This document shows positions 22,691 through 31,375 of a DNA stretch of 64,000 bases, piece after piece. Source of the DNA: Bifidobacteriaceae bacterium. GTDB lineage: Archaea > Thermoplasmatota > Thermoplasmata > Methanomassiliicoccales > Methanomethylophilaceae. The first letter of the stretch is position 1. The number at the start of each line of letters is the position of its first letter. The translations under genes and the position numbers were made by a program. The notes beneath the pieces were generated by a model. The model was not told the DNA's origin, made no database searches, and saw only the letters and a program-made list of their open reading frames with translations. Where the stretch lies: assembly GCA_963586845.1 (NCBI GenBank), contig CAVABN010000001.1, positions 15,584 to 79,583 on the forward strand. The letters run 5' to 3'.

Positions 22691-23367
22691 CAGCATTCCA
22701 GAACCGCGTAGTAGTCATCCCTGCGTTCCAGGATGCATGTTTCCATCGATACCAACCTGTAGAGCGGGTTGCTGTCGGTCAGGATCTTCATGTTCCATAA
22801 GCGCCCCATGCGACCGTTTCCGTCGACGAACGGATGTATCGTCTCTATGTAGAAATGGGCGATCGAGGCGACGATGGGAATGGGCAGTTCGCTACGGGAA
22901 CACCATTCGAACAACTTCTCCACCATCGGTGCTACCGATGATGCCTCCGGAGCTTTGTAGATCAGTTTGTCCCCTTCGAATATCCCTACATCCACGGTCC
23001 TGAATCCGGGTTCCTCGACCAGACCGAACGTCATCTCATCCTCGGCCTTCAGGAAATCATCTACCGACCACGGCTCCAAGGAATCGATCATCCTGTACGC
23101 GTTAGCGGCGCCCCTCGCCTCCATCATCTGATCGAACGGGGCATCCGTCTCGATCCCGTCCATTATGTCCGAGACCTGCCGTATATCCAGCTCGTTACCC
23201 TCAATGGCTATGGAAGAACGGATCGAACGCACCAGGGATTCGCGTGTCAGCATCATGCGGACGGCTTCGTCGGAAACCTCGCATCCGCCCATCGACGCTT
23301 CCAAAGCCTCTACGAGTCCGGGGATGTCGCCGCCCATACGGAATCTCGGCATGTCTTCGAACCGCAT
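22588..23367 (-). CDS. Fic-domain protein (class II: N-terminal inhibitory helix plus active-site loop)
   Basis: Active-site motif HPFVDGNGRMGR and inhibitory (S/T)xxxE(G/N) motif SIAIEGN. GC is lower than the neighbours. The rest of track ORF 22588..24795 is the mvhA shadow. Confidence 0.88.
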   Translation of the reverse strand: MRFEDMPRFRMGGDIPGLVEALEASMGGCEVSDEAVRMMLTRESLVRSIRSSIAIEGNELDIRQVSDIMDGIETDAPFDQMMEARGAANAYRMIDSLEPWSVDDFLKAEDEMTFGLVEEPGFRTVDVGIFEGDKLIYKAPEASSVAPMVEKLFEWCSRSELPIPIVASIAHFYIETIHPFVDGNGRMGRLWNMKILTDSNPLYRLVSMETCILERRDDYYAVLECCQRMDDCSDFVAFCLECLISGFADLRHREYFALR

Positions 23368-23406
23368 GTCCGATGAGCAATTGTTGTCGTATTTGAAGGT
23401 TATGCA

Positions 23407-23457
23407 ACTTGTACCCCGTCTTGTGCACATACTTGTGCACTCGCAGATGTGTACAAG
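23407..23457. promoter_or_regulatory. cluster of CTTGT(G/A)CAC repeats upstream of fic
   Basis: ACTTGTACC (23407), CTTGTGCAC (23420), CTTGTGCAC (23432) and inverted TGTGTACAAG (23448), all within 51 nt and 40-90 nt upstream of the fic ATG. Confidence 0.35.
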
Positions 23458-23479
23458 ATGAATTGTAGAAATGTGAAAT

Positions 23480-23499
23480 GGGGAGGCCGGAGCCTCCCC
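23480..23499 (-). terminator. hairpin GGGGAGGC-CGGA-GCCTCCCC directly after mvhA
   Basis: Perfect 8-bp stem 9 nt downstream of the mvhA stop, followed on the minus strand by T-rich ATTTCACATTTCT. Confidence 0.45.
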
Positions 23500-23507
23500 G
23501 GTTTTGA

Positions 23508-25025
23508 TCAGTTCCTGGAGATCGTGTCGTACACGGATCCGTCCGAGTTCCTGATGACCGCGGTGATCGGCATCTGGCCGGGCAGAGCATGGGTAGCGCA
23601 GGAGTTGCAGGGGTCGTAAGCCCTGAACGCCATCTCGACCATGTTCAGCAGACCGGGGGAGACCTCGAAGTTGTGGATCAGACCCTTGGCGGCCTTGGCG
23701 ACGTCCATGCAGATGGGACCGTTGTTGTTGGTCGTTCCGACGACCAGGTTGCAGGCGGTCACGATTCCGTTCTCGTCGCAGGTGTAGTCGTGGGTCAGGG
23801 TTCCTCTCGGAGCCTCGACGCAACCGACTCCCCTTCCGCCGGGGACCAGGTCGTGCTGCTTGATGTCGCCGTTGAGGATGTCGGGGTTCTGGACGTCCTC
23901 GAGGCACTTCTCGGCGCAGCAGATCATCTCGATGATCCTTGCCCAGTGCGTGCACAGGGTGAACTGGCAGGGTCCGTCGACGCCGGCGTCCTTCAGGATG
24001 CCGCGGTACTCCTCGAGCGCCTCCTGGGCGACCGGGGTGGGCATGGCCTTGCACACGTTCAGCCTGGACAGCGGGGAGGCCCTGTAGAGACCGGAGTCCG
24101 GTCCGTCGACGAGCCCCTTGTATCCGGGGTTCCTCAGGTACGGGAACTTCTCGTAGGACCAGGGCTCGGAGGCCTCGGCGATGTGGTCGAGGTAGTCGTA
24201 CGGGTCGTACTTCTCCTTCTCGGCACCCTTCTGGTCGACGACCTTGACCTTTCCGTCGTGGATCTCGAACTGGTCCTTGTCGTTGACGAGTCCCATGTGG
24301 TAGGTCTCGTGGTAGTACAGGTCCTTGTTGAGGACGATGTCCATGTACTCCTTGTTCTCGAGGACCACGCTCTTGAACACCTCGAGGGACTTCTTGGCGA
24401 ATGCCACCATGTCCTCGGCGTATCCGATCATGGTCTGCTGCTCCTCCTTGGAGACTCCCTTGGAGACTCCTCCGGGAACACCGATGAGGGGGTGGGTGGG
24501 CTTTCCGCCCAGGATGGCCTGGATGGACTGAGCCTCCCTGCGGGTCTTGATGACGGCGCCTCCGAGCTCGAGTCCGACGTGTCCGACGACACCGAGGACG
24601 TTCCTCTCCGCGGCGGGTGCCGCGGGTCCGCACACGAAGTCCGGGGCAGCCAGGGCGTAGAAGTGCGCGATGTGGCTGTGGACGAAGTGGGCGTTGTAGA
24701 ACGCATCCCTGATGAGGTAGGCGGTCGGGGTGGGCTTGGCGTTGTAGCATCCGTCGATGGCCTTGGTCGCCGCCATGTGGTGCGCGCCGGGGCACACACC
24801 GCAGAGCCTGGCGGTGATCTGGTTGAGTTCGGTGACCCTCCTGCCGATGCAGAACCTCTCGAACCCTCTGAGCTCGGGGATCTGCCAGTAGGCGTTCTCC
24901 ACGTCTCCCTTGTCATCCAGGAAGATCTCGATCTTCCCGTGTCCCTCGAGACGCGTGATGGGGTCGACGGTCACGCGCTTGGTCGTGACTTTCGTCTTCT
25001 CGTCCCAAATAGTAGGTCCGGTCAT
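23508..25025 (-). CDS. mvhA: F420-non-reducing [NiFe] hydrogenase large subunit
   Basis: RLEGHGKI, RLCGVCPGAHH and C-terminal DPCNSCATH, followed by a 26-aa tail (presumably removed during maturation). Confidence 0.95.
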   Translation of the reverse strand: MTGPTIWDEKTKVTTKRVTVDPITRLEGHGKIEIFLDDKGDVENAYWQIPELRGFERFCIGRRVTELNQITARLCGVCPGAHHMAATKAIDGCYNAKPTPTAYLIRDAFYNAHFVHSHIAHFYALAAPDFVCGPAAPAAERNVLGVVGHVGLELGGAVIKTRREAQSIQAILGGKPTHPLIGVPGGVSKGVSKEEQQTMIGYAEDMVAFAKKSLEVFKSVVLENKEYMDIVLNKDLYYHETYHMGLVNDKDQFEIHDGKVKVVDQKGAEKEKYDPYDYLDHIAEASEPWSYEKFPYLRNPGYKGLVDGPDSGLYRASPLSRLNVCKAMPTPVAQEALEEYRGILKDAGVDGPCQFTLCTHWARIIEMICCAEKCLEDVQNPDILNGDIKQHDLVPGGRGVGCVEAPRGTLTHDYTCDENGIVTACNLVVGTTNNNGPICMDVAKAAKGLIHNFEVSPGLLNMVEMAFRAYDPCNSCATHALPGQMPITAVIRNSDGSVYDTISRN

Positions 25026-25026
25026 T

Positions 25027-26307
25027 TCAGTTACCTCCCTTGTTCTCGACGACGGCCCTCTTGATCAGAGACTTCCCGAGCGTGTACGCGTAGAAGTATC
25101 CGAGAGGGTCCTTGATCGTGCTCATGATCTCGATGATCTTGTCCTCTCCGCAGATCGGGTCCTCATCCAGGATGGGGAACAGCGATGCGACGGCGGTGAA
25201 GATGGAAGCTCCCTGCTCCTGCACATCCGGGGACGCTCCGTAGCATCCGCGGCAGGGCTGTCCGACCCTGGTGCACCTTGCGCCGCATCCGCCCATGGTG
25301 GCGGGTCCAAGGCACAGGATTCCCTGCTCCATCAGGCACTGGGTGGGATCGATGTCCACCTGGTAGGGCTCCTTGATCTCGGTGATCCTGGCGCCGGTCT
25401 TCTGCCTGGGGCACTCCTCGCACAGGGTCTTCGTGGTGACTCCCACGACGGCTCCCTTGGGCGGGAGGGGGACTCCGTTGTACACGAAGTCTGCAACGGC
25501 CTTCAGCAGCTGGCTGATGGACTCGGGGAGAGGCGGGCATCCGGGGATGGTGTAGTCGACGTCGACGACCTGGTCGAGGGTCTTGACGGTGTCGAACAGC
25601 ACGGGGAGCGTGAGCTCTCCCTCGGGCACCTGGGTCTTCTCCTGGGGCATCTGCGGGGCATCCTTGTGGTAGTCTCCCTGGAAGTTCGCCGAGGTGGGCG
25701 TCTTCGTGTAGACGTAGTCGAGGATGTCCTTGGCTCCGCCGGGCACGAGGTTGGCCAGGGCGGGGCTGCCTCCGAAGGCGGCGCAGCTTCCGTAGGCGAC
25801 GACGATCTTGGACTTCTGCCTGAGCAGCTTGGCCATGTGCTCGTTCTCGGTGTTCCTGACGGCTCCGTTGATGAGGGAGACGGTGATCTCGCCGTCCTCC
25901 ATGGCCTCGATGTCCTTCTCCTTTCCGTCGGCGGCGACGGGCCACATGACGATGTCGGCCATGTCGCCGATGGTCAGCAGCCTCTCGTGGGTGTCCAGCA
26001 GGGACACGTCGCATCCTCCGCATCCGGCGCACCAGTAGACGGCCAGCTTGATCTTGCCGCCGGGGGGTGCTCCGGGGAGGAGGGGTCCGAGGTCAGCCGC
26101 GGGCAGGATAGCTTCCTTGGGGATCTTCCCGTCGTTGGGGCTGGCCACGGGGGGTACGATGAAGTCGTACGGTCCGGGGTTGCCGGTGGAAGACTGAGCG
26201 GGCTTGGCCTTGGGCGCCTCGGCCTTGGGGGCCTTGGGCGCCTTGGCTGCCTGCTCCGCCTTCGGTTCCTTGTCCTTCTTCTTGAATAGCTTGTCGAAGA
26301 ATCCCAT
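25027..26307 (-). CDS. mvhG: F420-non-reducing hydrogenase small subunit with approx 85-aa N-terminal extension
   Basis: Core begins KIKLAVYWCAGCGGCDVS, with distal FeS cysteines (CLGPATMGGCGARC, CRGC). It is preceded by MGFFDKLFKKKDKEPKAEQAAKAPKAPKAEAPKAKP... The start overlaps the mvhD stop (ATGA). Confidence 0.9.
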   Translation of the reverse strand: MGFFDKLFKKKDKEPKAEQAAKAPKAPKAEAPKAKPAQSSTGNPGPYDFIVPPVASPNDGKIPKEAILPAADLGPLLPGAPPGGKIKLAVYWCAGCGGCDVSLLDTHERLLTIGDMADIVMWPVAADGKEKDIEAMEDGEITVSLINGAVRNTENEHMAKLLRQKSKIVVAYGSCAAFGGSPALANLVPGGAKDILDYVYTKTPTSANFQGDYHKDAPQMPQEKTQVPEGELTLPVLFDTVKTLDQVVDVDYTIPGCPPLPESISQLLKAVADFVYNGVPLPPKGAVVGVTTKTLCEECPRQKTGARITEIKEPYQVDIDPTQCLMEQGILCLGPATMGGCGARCTRVGQPCRGCYGASPDVQEQGASIFTAVASLFPILDEDPICGEDKIIEIMSTIKDPLGYFYAYTLGKSLIKRAVVENKGGN

Positions 26308-26726
26308 CAGTTCGCCTCCTTTACGAGCGGGGTGGGTCCGAGCTCCTTGATCGTGTCAACGAACTCGACGACTGTCTTCTGGAATTTCTCTCCCTCGGAC
26401 GCGGAGACCCACTCGAGCTTGAGCCTCTTGGGGTCGAATCCGTACTGCTCCAGGACCATCCTGAGGAGGGCGACCCTCCTCCTGGCCCTGTAGTTGCCTC
26501 CGATGTAGTGGCAGTCCGCGGGGTGGCATCCCAGGACCATGACTCCGTCGGCTCCCTTGGCGAAGGCCCTGAGGATGAACTCGGGGTCGACACGGGCGGA
26601 GCACATCGTCCTGATGATGCGGAAGTTGGTGGGCATCTGCAGCCTGGCGACACCGGCGCCATCGGCTCCGGCGTACGAGCACCAGTTGCAGCAGAAAGTC
26701 ACGATTCTCGGTTCGAAATCTGCCAT
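26307..26726 (-). CDS. mvhD: methyl-viologen-reducing hydrogenase delta subunit
   Basis: 139 aa: MADFEPRIVTFCCNWCSYAGAD...GCHPADCHY. The remainder of track ORF 26307..27539 is shadow. Confidence 0.93.
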   Translation of the reverse strand: MADFEPRIVTFCCNWCSYAGADGAGVARLQMPTNFRIIRTMCSARVDPEFILRAFAKGADGVMVLGCHPADCHYIGGNYRARRRVALLRMVLEQYGFDPKRLKLEWVSASEGEKFQKTVVEFVDTIKELGPTPLVKEAN

Positions 26727-26731
26727 GGTAA

Positions 26732-29700
26732 TCACTGTCCTCCAACGGGGTAGTCGAGACATGCATCGATCTCTGCGATGATCTGCTTGCTCCTGAAGCC
26801 TCTCTGCTCCATCGCACCTGCGGGGCAGGAAGCGACGCAGCATCCGCATCCCTTGCACAGACCGGCGTTGACGTAGCTCTTGGAGCTTCCGTCGGGCTGT
26901 TCGACGAGCGAGACGGCGTTGTAGTCGCAGCATCCGACGCAGACTCCGCATCCGTCGCAGCGGTCGGGGTTGGAGACCGCGGTGATACCCTCGGAGATGA
27001 TCTTGTCCTTGGAGATGACGGTCAGCATCCTGGAGGCGGCTCCGGAGGCCTGGGCGATGCACTCGTCCATGAACTTGGGCCAGTGCGCGGCTCCGGCGAC
27101 GTAGACACCCTCGGTGGCGAAGTCGACGGGCCTCAGCTTCTGGTGGGCCTCGAAGTAGAATCCGTCCTTGGAGATGGGGACCTTGACCATCTTGGCGAGG
27201 TTCTCCTTGTTCTCCCTGTCGGGCGAGATTCCGGCGGCCAGGATGACGGTGTCGACGGGGATCTCGAGGTCGGCGCCGAGCGTGGCGTCGTAGACCTTGA
27301 CGGTGTTGCCGTCGTAGGCGGGCAGGGGCTGCCCCTCGGGGTACCTCACGAACTTGACGCCCATCTGGCAGGCCCTCAGGTACAGCTCCTCGCGGAAGGC
27401 GTAGGTCCTGATGTCCTTGTGGATGATGGTGACGTTGGCGGTGGGGTCGGCCATCTTGATCTTGATGGCTTCCCTGCAGGACGCGGCGCAGCAGACCCTG
27501 CTGCAGTACGCTACCTTGTCGTTCCTGGAGCCGACGCACTGGATGAACACGACGTCCTTACCGTTGAAGGATCCGTCCTCCATCTTCTTCTCGGCCACGG
27601 TCTGGGTCATGACCTTGCTGTCGGATCCGAAGTTCATCTCGGTGGGCTCGTAGGCCTTGGCTCCGACGGCGAACAGAACGGCTCCGACGGGGAACTCTCC
27701 GCCGTCGGCGAGCTGCAGCTTGAAGTTGCCGACGTATCCGGGGATGTCCTTGACGGTGGCGCCGAGGTGCACGGTGATCAGCTTGTTGTCCTGGACCTTC
27801 TTGATGGTCTCGGCCAGGAAGTCCTTGACGGACACTCCGTCCTCCTTGAAGCAGAAGTTGCGGGCGTATCCTCCCAGCTCGTTCTCCCTCTCGACGAGGT
27901 GCACGGGGTATCCCTGGGCGGCGATGTCGAGGGCGGCGGTCATTCCGGTGATTCCTCCTCCGATGACGGCGGCGGCGTTGGTGACCGGGATCTCGGCTCC
28001 GACGAGGGGCTCGAGGAGACGTGCCTTGGCGATGGCCATCCTGAGGAGGTCCTTGGCCTTGGCGGTGGCGGCCTCGTGCTCGTGCATGTGGATCCAGGAG
28101 CACTGGTCGCGGATGTTGGCCATGTTGTAGAGGTACTTGTTCAGTCCTCCGTTCCTGCAGGCCTCCCTGAACAGGGGCTCGTGGGTCCTCGGGGTGCAAG
28201 AAGCGACGACGACCCTGTTGAGGTCGTGCTCGGAGATGGCCTTGGAGATGGCCTCCAGGCAGTCCTGTGCGCAAGCGTACTGGGACTCCTCGGCGAGGAC
28301 GACGTTGGGCAGGGTCTTGGCGTAGGCGGCGACGGCGGGGACGTCGACCACGGATCCGATGTTGATTCCGCAGTGGCAGACCCAGACTCCGATCCTGGGC
28401 TCCTTTCCGGCGACGTCCTTCTCGGGCGGATACACCTTGGGTGCGCAGGGGGTGAAGTCCTTGTCGACGATCCATGCTCCGGCCTTGGCGGCGGAACCGC
28501 ATGCCTCGGCGACGGAGGTCGGGATGTCCTTGGGAGCGGCGAACGCTCCGGTGACGAAGATACCGTCCTTGGTGGTCTCGAGCGGGTGGAACACGGTCGT
28601 CTTGCAGAAGCCGTACTCGTTGAGCTCGATACCGAGGGTGTCGGCGAACTCCTGGGCGTTCACGGGCGGGACCAGACCGACGGACAGGACGACCATGTCG
28701 AACTCGTCGCTGACGGCGTCTCCGTCCGCGTTCGTGTAGTTCACGGTGAGCTTCTTGGTCTCGGGGTCCTCCTCGATGTTGGAGACGCGGGCGGCCCTGT
28801 GCATGTTGATGCCGTACTCGCGCTCTCCCCTGTGGATGTAGGCCTCGAACTCCTTCCCGTAGGACCTGATGTCCATGAAGAAGATGTCCTCCTGAAGGTC
28901 TCCGTGCTCCTTGGTGATCATGGCCTGCTTGACGGCGTACATGCAGCACACGGACGAGCAGTACTTCTTCCATCCGGTCTTCTGGGACCTGGATCCGCAG
29001 CACTGGATGTAGGCGATCTTCTTGGGGTCCTCTCCGCTGGAGGGGATGACGATGTGTCCCCTGTGGGGTCCGGACGCGCACATCAGCCTCTCGTACTCGA
29101 TGGCCGTGACGACGTTCTGGAACCTGCCGTATCCGTACTCGGTCGCGATCTCGGCGTTCCATACCTGGAATCCGGGAGCGGCGACGATGGATCCGACCTC
29201 GAGGGTGATGATCTCATCCTTGTCGTCGTAGTGGATAGCACCCTTTCCGCAAGCCTTGGAGCACAGTCCGCACTTGCCCTTCTGAATCATGTTGCAGCGG
29301 TCGCCCTGGATGATGGCGACGCGGGGCACAGCCTGTGCGTGGGGTATGTAGATGGCCTTCCTGTTGACAAGGCCGAACTCGTACTCGTCCGGGATGTTCT
29401 TGACAGGACACTTCGTGACACAGTCTCCGCATCCGGTACACTCCTTGGGGTTGACGTACCTGGCCTTCTTCAGGACGGTGACCTTGAAGTCTCCCGCCTG
29501 TCCCTCGACCTTCTGGACCTCGTGGTAGGTCAGAACGTCGATGTTCGGGTGTCCGGCGCAGTCCGCCATCTTAGGGGAGAGGATACACGCGGAACAGTCG
29601 TTCGTCGGGAAAGTCTTGTCCAGACGGCACATCACTCCACCGATGGTGGGCGCCTTGTCCACCAGGTAGACGTGAATTCCGCGGTCTGCAAGATCCAACG

Positions 29701-29752
29701 AAGCTTGGATTCCAGCGATTCCTCCACCGATAACCAATGCCGATTTGCTCAA
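26732..29752 (-). CDS. hdrA: heterodisulfide reductase subunit A, double-module form (about 1,007 aa)
   Basis: Two FAD folds (VIGGGIAGIQASL; VIGGGITGMTAAL), two CxGSR...YCSxVCC motifs and three ferredoxin-type Cys clusters. I start it at TTG 29750-29752 (GGAGG + 7 nt, giving MSKSALVIGGG). The track's extra 60 N-terminal aa run into AT-rich non-coding DNA. Confidence 0.9.
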   Translation of the reverse strand: MSKSALVIGGGIAGIQASLDLADRGIHVYLVDKAPTIGGVMCRLDKTFPTNDCSACILSPKMADCAGHPNIDVLTYHEVQKVEGQAGDFKVTVLKKARYVNPKECTGCGDCVTKCPVKNIPDEYEFGLVNRKAIYIPHAQAVPRVAIIQGDRCNMIQKGKCGLCSKACGKGAIHYDDKDEIITLEVGSIVAAPGFQVWNAEIATEYGYGRFQNVVTAIEYERLMCASGPHRGHIVIPSSGEDPKKIAYIQCCGSRSQKTGWKKYCSSVCCMYAVKQAMITKEHGDLQEDIFFMDIRSYGKEFEAYIHRGEREYGINMHRAARVSNIEEDPETKKLTVNYTNADGDAVSDEFDMVVLSVGLVPPVNAQEFADTLGIELNEYGFCKTTVFHPLETTKDGIFVTGAFAAPKDIPTSVAEACGSAAKAGAWIVDKDFTPCAPKVYPPEKDVAGKEPRIGVWVCHCGINIGSVVDVPAVAAYAKTLPNVVLAEESQYACAQDCLEAISKAISEHDLNRVVVASCTPRTHEPLFREACRNGGLNKYLYNMANIRDQCSWIHMHEHEAATAKAKDLLRMAIAKARLLEPLVGAEIPVTNAAAVIGGGITGMTAALDIAAQGYPVHLVERENELGGYARNFCFKEDGVSVKDFLAETIKKVQDNKLITVHLGATVKDIPGYVGNFKLQLADGGEFPVGAVLFAVGAKAYEPTEMNFGSDSKVMTQTVAEKKMEDGSFNGKDVVFIQCVGSRNDKVAYCSRVCCAASCREAIKIKMADPTANVTIIHKDIRTYAFREELYLRACQMGVKFVRYPEGQPLPAYDGNTVKVYDATLGADLEIPVDTVILAAGISPDRENKENLAKMVKVPISKDGFYFEAHQKLRPVDFATEGVYVAGAAHWPKFMDECIAQASGAASRMLTVISKDKIISEGITAVSNPDRCDGCGVCVGCCDYNAVSLVEQPDGSSKSYVNAGLCKGCGCCVASCPAGAMEQRGFRSKQIIAEIDACLDYPVGGQ

Positions 29753-30287
29753 GTCATTGCCTCCGTTACCAACTTGGTGTTTGGAACGTGCGAGGATACC
29801 GCTCAGAACTATTTTAATGGCTACTAAGAAATCATTATATAGATATGACCCTTTTTTATCCCGCTTTTTATTAAAATGCGTTTCATGGCTCCTAATATTT
29901 TTAGGGTAGACTAAATTAACGATAGCCAGCAATTCGCGTAATTGTGTTTTTTTGTCTTATCCGTATGGGTAATGCGACAGGAGATTCTGTATGTGTTTTA
30001 CCGATTCTTCGTAATTATACGAATGAATTGAAATAACAGATATGCAACTGAATCCTTTAAGAATCCTGGATGCTCGGTTTTTCGATTTTTCATTATCTGG
30101 CTATTTTAAATTGGTTCATTTTGGATACATCCAGCTAGGATTTAACACGAATTTTGAATTAGTAACATCCGATGCGGAAACTGGCGTATTTCGGGAACCG
30201 TCCCGAAGCATGCGCCCCCCAGAAGGCTGTAAGTCGGACCTAAACCTCGGGAAACGTTAAATCCGCCGGGAATTTGGACGGTGACCG

Positions 30288-30632
30288 ATGACAGTGAAAT
30301 CCGTCCGGGGGAGGAGACGCTACACCGCGTTCGAGGTGCCCCTGGGAACCGACAGGCGCGACGCCGAATCAGCGGTATCGTCCGTGGGATCCGCCAAGGT
30401 CATAACCTGCGGGAAGGGATTCGCCGTCATACGCTCGCTGCCGTCCGACCGCGAATCGCTCGAGAGGGCGATGTCCGAGGGCATCCCCGGGTCCTCGTCC
30501 TTCGACTGCTCCGGGACCCTCCGCGCGCTGCGCACCAGGCACCCCCAGCTCAACGCTCCGCGCAAGCGTCGCAGACGATGCTGCGCGAACGGCCAAACGC
30601 TATATACTGCGCCCCCATTCGAGTCGCGTTAG
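30288..30632 (+). CDS. rnp2: RNase P protein component 2 (Pop5 homologue)
   Basis: VRGRRRYTAFEV... and ...SGTLRALR signatures. GGTGA lies before the ATG. First gene of the exosome superoperon. TAG stop. Confidence 0.8.
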   Translation: MTVKSVRGRRRYTAFEVPLGTDRRDAESAVSSVGSAKVITCGKGFAVIRSLPSDRESLERAMSEGIPGSSSFDCSGTLRALRTRHPQLNAPRKRRRRCCANGQTLYTAPPFESR

Positions 30633-30654
30633 AGTATATAGGAGCACGTTTTTC

Positions 30655-31365
30655 ATGCAACCCGGACAGATGGCTTATGACAGGGGGAGCACGGTTTTCT
30701 CTCCCGACGGAAGGCTTTTCCAAGTTGAGTACGCCCGCGAGGCCGTGAAGAAGGGTTCCACGACCATCGGAGTGAAATTCGACGGCGGTGTCATGCTGAT
30801 CGTGGACAGGAGAATCTCCAGCAAACTGCTGGAACCCAAATCCACCGAGAAGATCCACGAGATCGACGACTACATCGGCTGCGCCACCTCCGGACTGGTC
30901 GCCGACGCGAGGATCCTCGTCGACGAGGCCAGGAAGCAGGCGCAGATCCACAGGGTCAACTTCGGCGAGAACATAGGCGTCGAGATGCTCGTGAAGAAAA
31001 TCTGCGACTACGAACAGAACTTCACCCAGTACGGCGGCGTCCGTCCGTTCGGGACCGCCCTTCTAGTGGCAGGGACCGACGACCTCGGCGCCCACCTGTT
31101 CGAGACCGACCCCTCGGGAGCCCTCGTGGCGTACAAGGCCACCGGCATCGGCATCGGCCGCTCCGCGGTCATGGACATGTTCGAGAAGGACTTCAAGGAC
31201 GACATGACCTTCGAGCAGGCCGCGAAGCTGGGTCTGAAGGCCCTTTCCGCCGCCGTCGAGGAGAAGCTCAAGGCCGACTCCGTGGAGATCGGCGTCGCCA
31301 AGGTCGGCGAGAAGTTCGAGAGGCTCTCCGAGGAGGAGGTCTCCGCCCTCATCGCCAAGATGTGA
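30655..31365 (+). CDS. psmA: proteasome subunit alpha
   Basis: YDRGSTVFSPDGRLFQVEYAREAVKKGST signature. Confidence 0.96.
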   Translation: MQPGQMAYDRGSTVFSPDGRLFQVEYAREAVKKGSTTIGVKFDGGVMLIVDRRISSKLLEPKSTEKIHEIDDYIGCATSGLVADARILVDEARKQAQIHRVNFGENIGVEMLVKKICDYEQNFTQYGGVRPFGTALLVAGTDDLGAHLFETDPSGALVAYKATGIGIGRSAVMDMFEKDFKDDMTFEQAAKLGLKALSAAVEEKLKADSVEIGVAKVGEKFERLSEEEVSALIAKM

Positions 31366-31375
31366 GGCGCGACCC

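Noticed and set aside
23508-29752. Selenocysteine recoding in mvhA/mvhD/hdrA
   Set aside because: All four ORFs are uninterrupted. No in-frame TGA needs to be bridged, and cysteine occupies the relevant motifs.
23589-29827. Plus-strand ORFs 23589..25064, 24910..26289 and 27083..29827 (up to 914 aa)
   Set aside because: They are antisense shadows of mvhA, mvhG and hdrA. They have no motifs, and stop codons are absent only because the real genes avoid TCA/TTA/CTA codons.
30042-30260. 72-aa ORF in the AT-rich spacer upstream of rnp2
   Set aside because: It has no Shine-Dalgarno sequence or promoter context and no recognisable motif. An open frame in AT-rich DNA is weak evidence, so it is kept only as part of the non-coding island finding.
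29753-30287. AT-rich island as a replication origin
   Set aside because: I could not find repeated ORB-like boxes or an adjacent orc1/cdc6 gene. AT-richness alone is insufficient.
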